A DNA stretch of 64,000 nucleotides, taken from Eledone cirrhosa. Taxonomy: Eukaryota. The position numbers and the translations under genes were made by a program. Of this stretch, positions 12,724 to 25,456 are shown in pieces. Within the stretch, counting starts at the first letter, position 1. Each line of letters opens with the position of its first letter. Location of the stretch: contig OZ024750.1 in the NCBI GenBank assembly GCA_964016885.1, forward strand, positions 28,954,001-29,018,000, given 5' to 3'. The notes below the pieces were generated by a model. It saw only the letters and a list, made by a program, of their open reading frames with translations. It had not been told where the DNA came from and searched no databases.

Positions 12724-12978
12724 GCCTGCTCCATGTAACATATCAAATTGGTCACTATATAAGTTATTAGAGGTGTCATCAGTTAACTACTTGTTTGTAC
12801 TTAATAACCTCAAATATATATACCCAGTATTGGATGCACTTTGTCCTGATACCTCTAAAAAAGATAAACTGACAGTATTCTACAATCATTTTTCAACACT
12901 AAACTCAATCCATACTTGCTTAAATTTTGAGTATGTTAAACATCATGATTTTAAATGGACGGCTAAGTTATATTTCAA
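12724..12978 (+). CDS. Unrecognised gene, coding exon 2 (repeat domain 1)
   Basis: tttttacag|G CCT GCT...TTC AA|gtaagt; 255 nt open; symmetric phase 2-2. Confidence 0.75.
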
Positions 12979-13199
12979 GTAAGTCTCATAATTTTTAATA
13001 TTTAATTTTAATCTTTAACCCTTCTGATACTACCTCTTGTTCTATGATAGAAACCTGTTTATTTTAAAGTATTTACATTTATCTAAAAACCTTCCATCAT
13101 AATTTTATGTAAAAACCTTTATATCAGGTATCATGTCTTACTCATATAGCACTGTTTCTGGCTAGATTTCTATGGCTGGATGCACTTCCTAATGCCAAC

Positions 13200-14995
13200 C
13201 ACATTTACAGTGTGGGCTGGGTGCTTTTCATCATGCCTGCTACACAACTACTTTATAGTGTGGGCTGGGTGCTTTTCGTTGTGACTCCTACACAACCACT
13301 TTAAAGTGTGGGCTAGGTGTTTTTGTCCTGACTCCTACACAACCACTTTACAGTGTGGGCTGAGTACTTTTCATCAAAACTCCTATACAACCACTTTACA
13401 GTGTGGGCTGGGTACTTTTTGTTGTGACACCTACACAACCACTTTACAGGGTGGGCTAGGTGCTTTTTGTCATGATTCCTACACAACCACTTTACAGTGT
13501 GGGCTGGGTACTTTTTGTTGTGACACCTACACAACCACTTTACAGGGTGGGCTAGGTGCTTTTTGTCATGATTCCTACACAACCACTTTACAGTGTGGGC
13601 TGGGTGCTTTTTGTTGTGACACCTACACGACCACTTTACAGTGTGGGCTGGGTGCTTTTTGTTGTGACACCTACACAACCACTTTACAGGGTGGGCTAGG
13701 TGCTTTTTGTCATGATTCCTACACAACCACTTTACAGTGTGGGCTGGGTGCTTTTTGTTGTGACACCTACACAACCACTTTACAGGGTGGGCTAGGTGCT
13801 TTTTGTCATGATTCCTACACAACCACTTTACAGTGTGGGCTGGGTGCTTTTTGTTGTGACACCTACACGACCACTTTACAGTGTGGGCTGGGTGCTTTTT
13901 GTTGTGACACCTACACAACCACTTTACAGGGTGGGCTAGGTGCTTTTTGTCATGATTCCTACACAACCACTTTACAGTGTGGGCTGGGTGCTTTTTGTTG
14001 TGACACCTACACAACCACTTTACAGGGTGGGCTAGGTGCTTTTTGTTGTGACACCTACACAACCACTTTACAGGGTGGGCTAGGTGCTTTTTGTCATGAT
14101 TCCTACACAACCACTTTACAGTGTGGGCTGGGTGCTTTTTGTTGTGACACCTACACGACCACTTTACAGTGTGGGCTGGGTGCTTTTTGTTGTGACACCT
14201 ACACGACCACTTTACAGTGTGGGCTGGGTGCTTTTTGTTGTGACACCTACACAACCACTTTACAGGGTGGGCTAGGTGCTTTTTGTTGTGACACCTACAC
14301 GACCACTTTACAGTGTGGGCTGGGTGCTTTTTGTTGTGACACCTACACGACCACTTTACAGTGTGGGCTGGGTGCTTTTTGTTGTGACACCTACACGACC
14401 ACTTTACAGTGTGGGCTGGGTGCTTTTTGTTGTGACACCTACACGACCACTTTACAGTGTGGGCTGGGTGCTTTTTGTTGTGACACCTACACAACCACTT
14501 TACAGGGTGGGCTAGGTGCTTTTCATCATGACTCCTACACAACCACTTTACAGTGTGGGCTTGGTGCTTTTTGTTGTGACACCTACACGACTACTTTACA
14601 GTGTGGGCTTGGTGCTTTTTGTTGTGACACCTACACGACCACTTTACAGTGTGGGCTGGGTGATTTTTGTTGTGACACCTACACGACCACTTTACAGTGT
14701 GGGCTGGGTGATTTTTGTTGTGACACCTACACGACCACTTTACAGTGTGGGCTGGGTGATTTTTGTTGTGACACCTCCACAACCACTTTACAGGGTGGGC
14801 TAGGTGCTTTTCATCATGACTCCTACACGACCACTTTACAGTGTGGGCTGGGTGATTTTTGTTGTGACACCTACACGACCACTTTACAGTGTGGGCTGGG
14901 TGCTTTTTGTTGTGACACCTACACGACCACTTTACAGTGTGGGCTGGGTGATTTTTGTTGTGACACCTACACGACCACTTTACAGTGTGGACTGG
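13200..14995. repeat. 48-bp minisatellite expanded inside a retroposon copy
   Basis: Unit accactttacagtgtgggctgggtgctttttgttgtgacacctacacg, preceded by tttctatggctggatgcacttcctaatgccaacc. Confidence 0.95.
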
Positions 14996-15621
14996 ATATA
15001 TATATATATTCATTTTATTAAGGGTAAATAGGTAATCTTGTTACTCTGCAATTTCGCCTGTTTATCACAGGGTCATCATATATATCATCATCATCATCAT
15101 TTTACGTCCGCTTTTCCCTGCTTGCAAGGGTGGGACAGGTCCTAACCAGCACAGTATCTCTCCATTCGTCACGGTACTTCATCATCTCCTCCGTGAGCTT
15201 CAGCAATCTGAAGTCAGCTCTCACCACCTCCACCCATGATTTTGTGGTCTTCCTCTACTGCGTCTTCCTTCTAGTGGGATATCTTGGCACTTTTTTACCC
15301 AACAGTCATCCTCCATGTGTATCACATGTCCATATATATATATATATATATATCATGATGATGATGATATTAAGAAGTCTTGGTTACAACATTCTCTATT
15401 TATACAGATATAACTTTATAATATATATGAAACTATGTGGTTGCAAAGCAGATGTTTTAACCACACAGCCATACCTACACCAATGCATACATATATACAA
15501 ATATACATACACACACACACACACATACACATATACATATATAATTATTTTCAAAAGTTTCGAAATACTAGAAATATTTCAGTACTGGTTTTCTCATCTT
15601 TTTATTTTTATTTTCATACAG

Positions 15622-16564
15622 AGTCAATACAATGAAAAGCTGTAACAGCCCCTCGATGAAGGATGTTTTTCAGTTTTGCCAAAAGGGAAGTAAAAATTTC
15701 AGAATACTGCTAGAACAATTAATAGATCAATATTCTTGCCTTGATTTAGAAACTAATTATGATAGAACTGAAAAGTTATCTATATTATGTTCATTTTACC
15801 AGAAAATAGTTCAACTTCAGGAAAAAGGACACAAAAACATTGTTAAATGGATGGCACTCCCGTTCACTTGGTCAGATATACAACGATATAATCAGGAATC
15901 TTACCTATCTAACGTAAGAAGACTTCGGCCAGTTGTTACTATAAAAGAACGAACAACTCCAGCCTCAGTGGGAAAGATCTTGCAGAAACCATTGGTACAG
16001 GCTCAGCCTTCAGATTGCACTGAAATAAAATGTAGAAAGAAGTGGATAAATGGTAAACATTCAGTTCCATTGAATGGACAAACTGAAGATGATTCACAGG
16101 AATGTAAAGCTGCAAAAAGGCATCAACAACAAATATTAAAGAAAATGAGAAAAAATACTGCAGTAGATTTATCAAGTAAAATTGCTGTTAATAAACAAAA
16201 AAGACATATTCAGTACGATGTTGATAGATATGTTTCTCAACTGTGTACATTGAATAAAGCATTGCTTCTTAAAATAAATAACAAGCAAACAAATAGCAAA
16301 AATGATAATGATGATGATGAAATGATTGACATAATTTCGATTCATGACGACAGCAGTGATGAAGATATTTCTCTAATGATAAAGAAATATGAAAACCTCA
16401 CTAAAACATCTTCTGATACTCTTATGGAAAAAGATGTGAAGATAAAACAGTTAGAAAATAATATAAAAAAATGTAGAAACAAATGTAAGAGGTTGCACAA
16501 TAATCTTAATTCTGTGAAACGTTTACATTTAAAACAAAAAAGTATTGCCTCAAATTTCATCTGA
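15622..16564 (+). CDS. Unrecognised gene, last coding exon (repeat domain 2, basic/acidic linker, predicted coiled coil)
   Basis: catacag|A GTC AAT ACA ATG...; contains the non-repetitive 310-aa ORF in AT-rich DNA; in frame with exon 2. Confidence 0.8.
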
Positions 16565-18406
16565 CATTTTTTTCTATTTTTTTTTTTTTTTTATGTTAAG
16601 GTTTTTTTTAATTTCCTTGTTGTTTCCCACCTCCATGTCCATCTTTCAAAACATTTCCATTGTCACATTTAGATAGGCATTAGGGCATTTTCACAAAAGG
16701 AGAGGACATTATCAAGTGAACCTCTCCCACTACTTTACTATCACCTTCAGACATTGAGTTTTTATACCCTTAAAAACCATGAATAACTCATTATATTTGA
16801 CGATGGGTTGCAACAAGTGGAGTGAGGTGCTGTGCAGGGAAAGACCCATCTATCTCTTACAAGCATGGAAAAAGCAGACATAAATAGGATGATGTGTCAC
16901 TGAAGGCCGTTCGTCATCCAAAATGTTTATAAACCAAAATTATTTTCCAATACGAAATGTTGAGAGAGAAATAAAGTGAGAGAGAGTGTGTGTGAAAAAC
17001 AAATAGATATCATCATAGTAACTAACTACACAGCAAGTGACGCTTTCCCACCAATATTCCCAGCTTGTCACCAACTGTTGTTGCTGGCTTGTGTGTTCAT
17101 AACTCAAGACACCATTCATTAGTCGAGATATTTTATGTTTGGAAAAATTGTTTGTGATGAGAGATGTTCATGAACTGAGATTTCACTGTACACAAGGCTT
17201 GATTTAATGGGGGATCAAAGAGGATAATTGCCCCAGGCCTCCTGTAATAGGGGCTGCTCACCAGCAATGACCGTAGCAACTTATTTGTGCCCTCAGCTAG
17301 CCTTTTTAGTTTTAGGATGGTTGGAATTTTTGTATTTAATACTTTTATGTATAACTTTTCAATTGCAATTACTTGCGGCTAGCTAACTTTGATATGTAAA
17401 ATGGGAGGGGGGGGGGGGGGGGTTCTAATTTATTGTGTGTGAGGAGCCCATTTCATCCACTTATATACTTGATCATATTCGTTCAGTCATTACCCAAGAT
17501 TTATGACCATAGGTAAGGGTTGGCAAGAATACCAAATTGAAGATAGCAAGTTTGGCTTTTACACCTATCTTTCTTCTTCTGATGGCTGAATGAACACAAT
17601 TGATAAATAATGATTTAGTGTCATGTGTCTAATTGTATGTTAGTGTTGTCAGATAATGTCATGTGTCTAATTGTATGTTAGTGTTGTCAGATCTCAAATG
17701 TACATCACAGCCAAATATCATCATCATCATTTTTATGTCTGCTTTTCCACGCTTGCATGTATTGGACAGGTCCTTTTCAGTACAGCATCTCTCCACCCAT
17801 CATATTCCTTTGTCGGTAAGCCTCAGTAATTTGAGATCAGCTCTCACCACCTCTGCCCAGGTCTTCTTTAGTCTTCCTCTACTGTAGCTTCCTTCCACTG
17901 GGATTTTTTGGCACTTCTTTTCACTGCAATCATCTCATAGAAATTGATCTGGCTTCACTTAACTCTTCTCTGACCATATTTCTTACAAAATATGTTTGAA
18001 TAAATTTTTTTTTTAATCAGGAATTTGTTCTATTAAATAAAGCCTTGTATTTTTGTATAAAACATGAATGCAAAATGTTGATGTTTATGCTTTTTGAAAA
18101 TATTTGTAAATGGAAACATTTTAATAAGTTTATGATAACATTCTCTAAACAATTAGGATTGTTAAAATGATATCCCTTCATTTAAAAATATCTGATCACT
18201 CAAGAAAATCAACATTTACAAAAATATTTATGGTTGTTATTTAGGGGTGAAAACATGGCCATGTGGTTAAGAGGTTCATTTCACAATCACATGGTTTCAG
18301 GTTCAATCCAACAGTGCAACACTTTGGGAAGTGTCTTCTACTGTAGCCACAAGCCAATCAATGGCTTGTGTGTGTGTTTATGTATGTGTGTCTATGTATA
18401 TATGCA

Positions 18407-18441
<35 letters not shown>

Positions 18442-19189
18442 CATTATCATCATCATCATCATCATCATCATCATCGTTTAATGTCTATCTTCCACGCTAG
18501 CATGGGTTTAGATGGGGATTGTCCCACTTGAGGCAAGATTGGTCGGGTGACCATGTCTCACTCGTTTATATATATACTGGAGTTTGGAATAGGTACATAT
18601 CCCTGCATTTCGTAAAAGGCAACTAAAAGGGTTAGTGTCAAGAAGGGTATCTGGCTGTAAAACATTGTCTTAAGCGATCCCATCCAAACCCATGCCAGCA
18701 TGGAAAAGTGGATGTAAAAACGATGATGATATCTATATATATATATATTTATATATATATATATATATATATATCATCATCATCTTCGTTTAATGTCCAT
18801 CTTCCATGCTAGCATGGGTTAGACGGGAGTTGTCCCACTTGAGGCAAGGTTGGTCGGGTGACCATGTCTCGCTCATATAGGACTATCTGGCAGGTTTTCT
18901 ACGGCTGGATGCCCTTCCTAACACCAACCACATTTACAGTGTGGAACTGGGAACTTTTTACCATGTTACCTATTTACCTACATTACAGCGTGGACTGTGT
19001 GTTTTTTTGTCGTGACACTTACACGATCTCGATCTCATTATCTCATTTATTTGGACTGGATGTTGTGGTACCAACTTTACAGAGAGAGGGTGGTGTTGGT
19101 GGGAGTGGGAGGATAGGGTAGAGGTAGTGGATTGGGGTGTATATTTGGTGAAGAGGTGCCTACTGACTGTAGGTTTCGCTTTGTACATA

Positions 19190-19460
19190 GGCAAGGCGGG
19201 TCTTCTGTATTATTGCGTAGAGCCAAAGATCTCGGTCCAGTGACATTGTCTTAGAGAGGTGCAGGTGTGTAAGGTCGGAATTTATCAGATTGTCCCAGGT
19301 TTTTCTGGGTCTACCTACTCTATAACTACCATCAATTTTGATCGCCCTGCACTTTTTTATACAGCTGTCGTCTTTCATGCGCATCACGTGGCCATACCAA
19401 CGTAGTCTTCTCTCAAGTCAACAGCATCTGATCCCTCTTATTCCTAATTTCTCACTTAGA
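19190..19460 (-). mobile_element. RTE-type LINE 3' fragment
   Basis: RLRWYGHVMRM...VGRPRKTW. Confidence 0.8.
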
Positions 19461-19711
19461 ATTATGTTGGTCATTCTCGTCTTGCAGCGGGAGGTGAATT
19501 TATCTTTATCTGTGATATTGTCATTGAGAGCTTAGACTTTCCAAATTCCGCAGTCCACCCATCAAACAGGTCTAAACTTAAGGAGTAGTAACCGAGGTGG
19601 TAGCTTTGCTATACTGAATTGTTAGAGAACTTACTATAAGCTGCTGAGTTATGGTTGGACCATATAGAAATGGTGGTGTGTGGGGGTGAGAGGGCAGGAA
19701 ATGGGTAACTT

Positions 19712-19886
19712 TAGGAGAAGGTTAGTTTTTAGGAAGTGTCCAACAGAATGAGACATATTAAAAACATGTAAAATCATCATCATCATCATTTTACGTCCGC
19801 TCTTAAAAATGATGATGATGATGATGATACATGTTTTTAATATGTCTCATTCTGTTGGACACTTCCTAAAAACTAACCTTCTCCTA
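19712..19886. repeat. Perfect 59-bp inverted repeat around a (CAT)n/(ATG)n retroposon tail
   Basis: Arms 19712-19770 and 19828-19886. Confidence 0.93.
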
Positions 19887-20809
19887 GTTAGGAGAATATT
19901 AATTGAAAATCCGAGAGAAAAACGGAGAATTTGAATTCTAGACTGGCATAAATAGAAGTTTAAAACACTGCTTATTGAATCAACTACGGGTAAAAGGAAA
20001 GAAGTGTTTTGCTTACATTCTCAAAATCGACATATAGTCCGTAAGAGAGATTAGATAGATAGATAAATTCTGTCCTTGGGAACCCAGCAAGGTTTATTTT
20101 ATACTTGCGATCAGACGGGGGAGGGGGGATGAGAGAAGGAGCAAAATGTTCACAGAGGTAGCGAGCGAGATGCAGGAAGGTTCTAGAATAATTAATTAAT
20201 AATAATACTAGAAGGTTAGTTTTTAGGAAGGGTCCAACAGAATGAGACATTATTAAAAACATGTATATATATATATATATATATAATCACTGAATTTCAC
20301 AGTTGGTTTCACAGAAGACCATGAGTAGAGAGACGCTGTGTTGAAAAGGACCCGTCCAACCCATGTAAGCATGGAAAATGAATAAAAAATATATACATGT
20401 ATATATGTGTGTGTGTATATATATCATCATCATCGTTTAACGTCCATCTTCTAGGCTAGCATGGTTGGACGGTTTTGTCCCACTTGAGGCAAGATTGGTC
20501 AGGAGACCGTGACTCGCTCATACAGAACTGTTTCTGACAGGTTTTCTATGGCTGGATGCCCTTTCTAACACCAACTACATATGTATAGTGTGTGATACGT
20601 CAGTTTAACACCAATATTTAAAGTAACTGATAAGATTTTTGTCCGTCTCATATAAATAACATATCCAGCTGTAAAGCATTTCCCTGAAAATTACTGGTAC
20701 CTACTATACTTAGACATTAGCAGTAAGTTGGTATCTGGTCTCAGAAACATTGCCTCAAAATATCTCATATGTCCAGCCCATCCTAGCATGAAGAGGGGGG
20801 GGGGATAAT

Positions 20810-21121
20810 GAGGAGGATGACAAGAACTTTCACATTGCTACAAGCTGTAAAAACGGAATGCTCCCTATATTCTCATTGCTACAAGCTGTAACAACAAAAT
20901 GCTCCCTATATTCTCATTGCTACAAGCTGTAACAACAAAATGCTCCCTATATTCTCATTGCTACAAGCTGTAACAACAAAATGCTCCCTATATTCTCATT
21001 GCTACAAGCTGTAACAACTAAATGCTCCCTATATTCTCATTGCTACAAGCTGTAACAACAAAATGCTCCCTATATTTATATTACAGCTTGTAGCAATGTG
21101 AAAATTTTTGCCATCCTCCTC
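20810..21121. repeat. 41-bp tandem array bracketed by ~41-bp imperfect inverted repeats
   Basis: gaggaggatgacaagaactttcacattgctacaagctgtaa ... ttacagcttgtagcaatgtgaaaatttttgccatcctcctc. Confidence 0.85.
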
Positions 21122-21302
21122 CATAGAAATTGTAACAACAGAGTTCTCCCTATATTCACATATGTTACAAGCTTTCAAATCAAAATGGTCCCTATATAAT
21201 TTCTGTCTTTCAAAACGTTTTAACTTCAGATATGTGATTACAAATTGGTTTCAATTAAACATACCGCATCTCATGTTCTGTCAGATTTTTCAGTCATTAC
21301 AA

Positions 21303-21338
21303 GTATATATATATATATATATATCTACCTATCTCTCC

Positions 21339-21388
<50 letters not shown>

Positions 21389-21419
21389 ATATATATATAT
21401 GTGTGTGTGTATATATATA

Positions 21420-21466
<47 letters not shown>

Positions 21467-21505
21467 ATATATATATGTGTGTGTATATATATATATATGT
21501 GTGTG

Positions 21506-21539
<34 letters not shown>

Positions 21540-21550
21540 TATATGTGTGT
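21303..21550. repeat. Compound (TA)n/(TC)n/(TG)n microsatellite
   Basis: Direct inspection. Confidence 0.95.
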
Positions 21551-21930
21551 CACGCAGTAATACAGAGTACCTGACCTCCCATGGGTACAAGCTGAAGCAT
21601 ATAGACCATATGCCCCCACACACCCCACTGCAAGGTGGTCGTGGAGGTGCCATGGCAAAAAAGCACCCAGCCCACACTGTAAAGTGGACGTGTAGGCGCC
21701 ACGGAAAAAAGCACCCAGCACTCACTGTAAATGAGGTTGGTGTTAGGAAGGGCATCCAGCTGTAGAAATGTAGCCAAAATCAGTTCCTGTATGAGCAAGG
21801 CATGGTCAGCCGACCAGACACTGCCCATAACAGGACAACCTGTCTGACCCATGCTAGCATGGAAGAACAGACGTTAAAACGGTGATGATGATATGTATAT
21901 GTTGAATCCCAACAAATTAAATATAACCTC

Positions 21931-21995
<65 letters not shown>

Positions 21996-22419
21996 TTGTA
22001 TATTTACATCCAAGAAGTTTAGTTATAAAACAACTCTATTTTGTAAAATTTATCTACACAAAAATTAATTTTTAATAAAATTACGTTTATAAAAAAAATA
22101 TCTTATTCTTTATTCCCCTTCAAAGGGGTCCTATCAGAAGCAACTATTTCCAAATGATCTTGCTAGACCCTCAAACAAGACCAATTGAAATAATTGTTTC
22201 TACTTTTGGCACAAGGCCAGCAATTATACCAGTGTATTTCTGGTACTTTATTTTATCGATCCCATAAGGATGAAAGGCAAAGTTAACCTCGGCGGGATTT
22301 GAACTCAGATCATAAAGGGCTGTAACTCTTTGTTGCAAAGCATGGCGTCCGGCCCTCTACCGATACTGCCAATCCATCGCCCTTTTGACCAATTGAAATA
22401 ATGGATATTATTGTATATA

Positions 22420-22880
22420 CCCAGTCCATACTGTAAGATGATCATGCTGGTGACACAACAAAAACTACTCGGTCTACATTTTAAGGTGGTCTTACTGTTG
22501 ACAACAAAAAACCACCCAGTCCATCCTGTAAGGTGGTCATGTTGGTGACACAACATAAACCACTCAGTAAGATGGTTGTGCTAGTGACAACAAAGAGCTC
22601 CCACTCCACTCTGTAAGGTGGCCATGCTGGTGACACAAAAACCACCCAGTCCACCCTGTAAAGTGGTCATGTTGGTGACAACAAAAAACCACCCAGTCCA
22701 TCTCTAAGGTGGTCGTGTTGATGACAACAAAAACCACCCTGTAAGGTGGTAATGCAGGTGACACAACAAAAAGCACCCAGTCTACCCTGTTAGGTAGTCT
22801 TTTCAATGCCACAATAAAAAGTACCCGGTTCACACAGTAATGTGTTTGGTGTTGGGAACAGCATTCAGCTGTAGAAACCA
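22420..22880. repeat. Degenerate ~48-bp array of the same retroposon module, with the element body following
   Basis: cacccagtccaccctgtaaggtggtcatgttggtgacac units ending in ggtgttgggaacagcattcagctgtagaaacc. Confidence 0.8.
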
Positions 22881-22959
22881 AGCCTAAATACAGATTTGTA
22901 TGAGCAAGATATTGGTAATCTGACCTGACTTGTCTCACACCGAATTAAAGATAACAAGT

Positions 22960-23790
22960 TTTTACACCCTCCTTTTACTGAATGCTGAAATTTGCACATT
23001 ACTGCATCAGCTACTGCAATTCTTGCACTTAATTCACCATCCTGTCTTCCATCACTTGTGAACACAGCCCTGAGATACTTTAATTTCTCCACCTATTTCA
23101 GTGTAACTCCACTCACATGTAGAATGCACTGCACAGACTTCCTTGAGAAGACAACTGTCTCAGTCTTCACAGAACTGATTTTCATTCCAGCCATGCAGCA
23201 GTTGGCGTGAAACTTATCAAGTTCATGTCAGAGATCACCTTCCGATGAGTTAACTAATACCATGACAACTACAAATTGCAGCCAACTGATCCTACACCTG
23301 CCAGTCTTGATACCACTTCCAACCTAGCTGTGCATGTTAATTCTGTCCATGAAAATTATGAACAGGAGAGGTGACAGTACCTTTGTTGAAATCCAACACA
23401 CATTAAATGGTTTCTTGAAGATCAGCCACAGTATGCTGTGTCAAGAACAAAAAGCACACTGTTAGCCAGCTAGCTTTGACTAGTCAATATCCGTACATCT
23501 CTTTGCCAGACATTTAGCATAGACTTTACCAAGGAGGCTTAACAAGACCCCCCTATCCTATGTGGAACAACCTTTCTCAACTCGCTTTTTGAAAATTGGG
23601 ATTATCACTCCCGATTGCCATTACTTAGCTGCCTTTCCTGAGATCCTGGTCACCCTGCACGCATGAGTCAGCCAGAGAATACCTTCTTTATTTAAGGCTT
23701 TTGATATCTAAGGCCAAACTTTATCTTATCCTGGGGCCTTGCAACATTTGAGCTCTTTAACTACTCTGGTGACTTCAGCCTCCCCAACTC
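22960..23790 (-). mobile_element. Degraded RTE reverse-transcriptase fragment
   Basis: EKLKYLRAVFTSDGRQDGELSARIA, plus upstream LSPLLFIIFMD and KAPG remnants. Confidence 0.8.
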
Positions 23791-24859
23791 TCTTACTTTA
23801 TTTCTACTTTACCTTTCAGATTTGGCAACAAATGGGCAAAATGTCCAATTAAAATGTTTTTTGGTCCTTTGCATTCTGAATTCCCTTCCATCATCACTGG
23901 TGCCAAGCTATATATAAAGGCTTTTGTCTTTCCCATGGAGAGAGAAGGCTTGTATGCATGGCTGAATGTTAGTCTTCCATAAAACACCTTGATCAGGTTT
24001 GTGTCTTGGAGAGGAATGTCCCATTGTCAGTCTTTGACTAAAGATCTTAAGACCTTTCAAACACGTTATGATTACACATCTAACACATTATGTTTAACTC
24101 ATTTCTCGTCAACTTCTGCTCACAATTCACTAGTCTATAGCATTATATATAGTTCATAGTTTGGTTTGGACAGCCATGTCTGAAGGAAGAAAATATCTAA
24201 TTAATTAAAAAAACAAATTAAAGAGATCGAGAAAAAAACCTCGTCATCAATATGCTTACATTTTTCTAACGTGCTTCCCTAAAACATTGTATGGAGCATA
24301 TAGCCCTCCTAGTTCGTTGCTGACTTCCTAAATAACACAAATTATCGATTATATCTACATGAACTACTCAGTGTTCATGTAAACAGCCCCACAGTGAACT
24401 AAAAACCGAACAATTTCCGACGGGTTTGAAGGCCAAATTCATTCAAAAGACACCAAACACCAGAGGGAAAACATAAATTTTACTTCCAGATAGAGCCGTG
24501 TGTAAAGAAAAATTCCGAATTTGTCTGCTTCCCCCATGTTAACTAATGAACGACTATTTTCCGACAGTTTTTAAGGCCAGATTCGTTCAAAGCAATTAAA
24601 AACCCATAAGAAAAACAAATTTCATCCCCAATGCGAGACGGGTGTGATTGTAAAAAAAAGCCCAAATTTTCCAGTTGTCGACAAGATTCTTGATATTAAA
24701 TCGTGTATCGTCGCCACTAACAACAGAACTACAGTTTGACAAAGTGAAAGTGGCTCGTTATAATAACAACAAAATCACCAAATTTAAAACATGTGGCTCT
24801 ATTTTAAAGACAGGGGTATATAGAGAAAGAGATGCCGAGTGGTGCATAAAGTAGTTATT

Positions 24860-25222
24860 TTATTAGTTCAAATGATACAGAGTTGAACTGAAATACAGGC
24901 TTTGAATACTAGAAAGCCGCTGTTTGAAATTCTAGCCAGATCCAAGAATATTTTATTAGAATTAGCTTTGAAAAGATATTTATCCTCGTATAAATATATC
25001 TAAATGTTCTGATTAACAACCGGAAGTTGACGGATGTTTACGTATGATGGCGAAAACCACTCGACTGACTTACGAAACCTCCCGAAGTCAACCGTAGACA
25101 TACGGAAAGCTGGTGAATGAATGTTTCACATTCTAGTAGTAAAAGCTATCGGTGTTCTAGAAGTAAAATGACTATATTTCTGTCTATGCATACGGCATTT
25201 AGGAATATCTTATAAGTGAAAA
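24860..25222 (+). promoter_or_regulatory. Probable TOP3B promoter / 5'UTR
   Basis: CpG-enriched stretch upstream of the ATG, with ETS-type CCGGAAGT (about 25020), YY1-like ATGGCG (about 25047) and TTTGAA motifs. Confidence 0.45.
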
Positions 25223-25456
25223 ATGAAGACTGTATTTATGGTGGCTGAAAAGCCGTCTTTGGCTGCTTCGTTGGCCAAAATTTTATCCAACAACAGCATG
25301 ACATCTCGAAAAGGTTATAATGGAGCCTGCTCAGTGCATGAATATCGAGGCAAATTTCAAAGCGAACCGGCTTACTTTAAATTTACATCAGTGTGTGGTC
25401 ACGTCATGACTCTGGATTTTACTGGCAAGTACAACAACTGGGACAAAGTTGATCCG
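25223..25456 (+). CDS. TOP3B: TOP3B exon 1 (TOPRIM)
   Basis: MKTVFMVAEKPSLA...TSVCGHV...NWDKVDP|gtaggt. Confidence 0.97.

Noticed and set aside
13306-15031. 571-aa Cys-rich and 409-aa His/Lys-rich repetitive ORFs (keratin-associated or metal-binding look)
   Set aside because: 48-bp satellite open in several frames on both strands, derived from a retroposon module and lying inside an intron
21108-22075. YI/CV-rich ORFs
   Set aside because: Translations of (TA)n/(TG)n microsatellites
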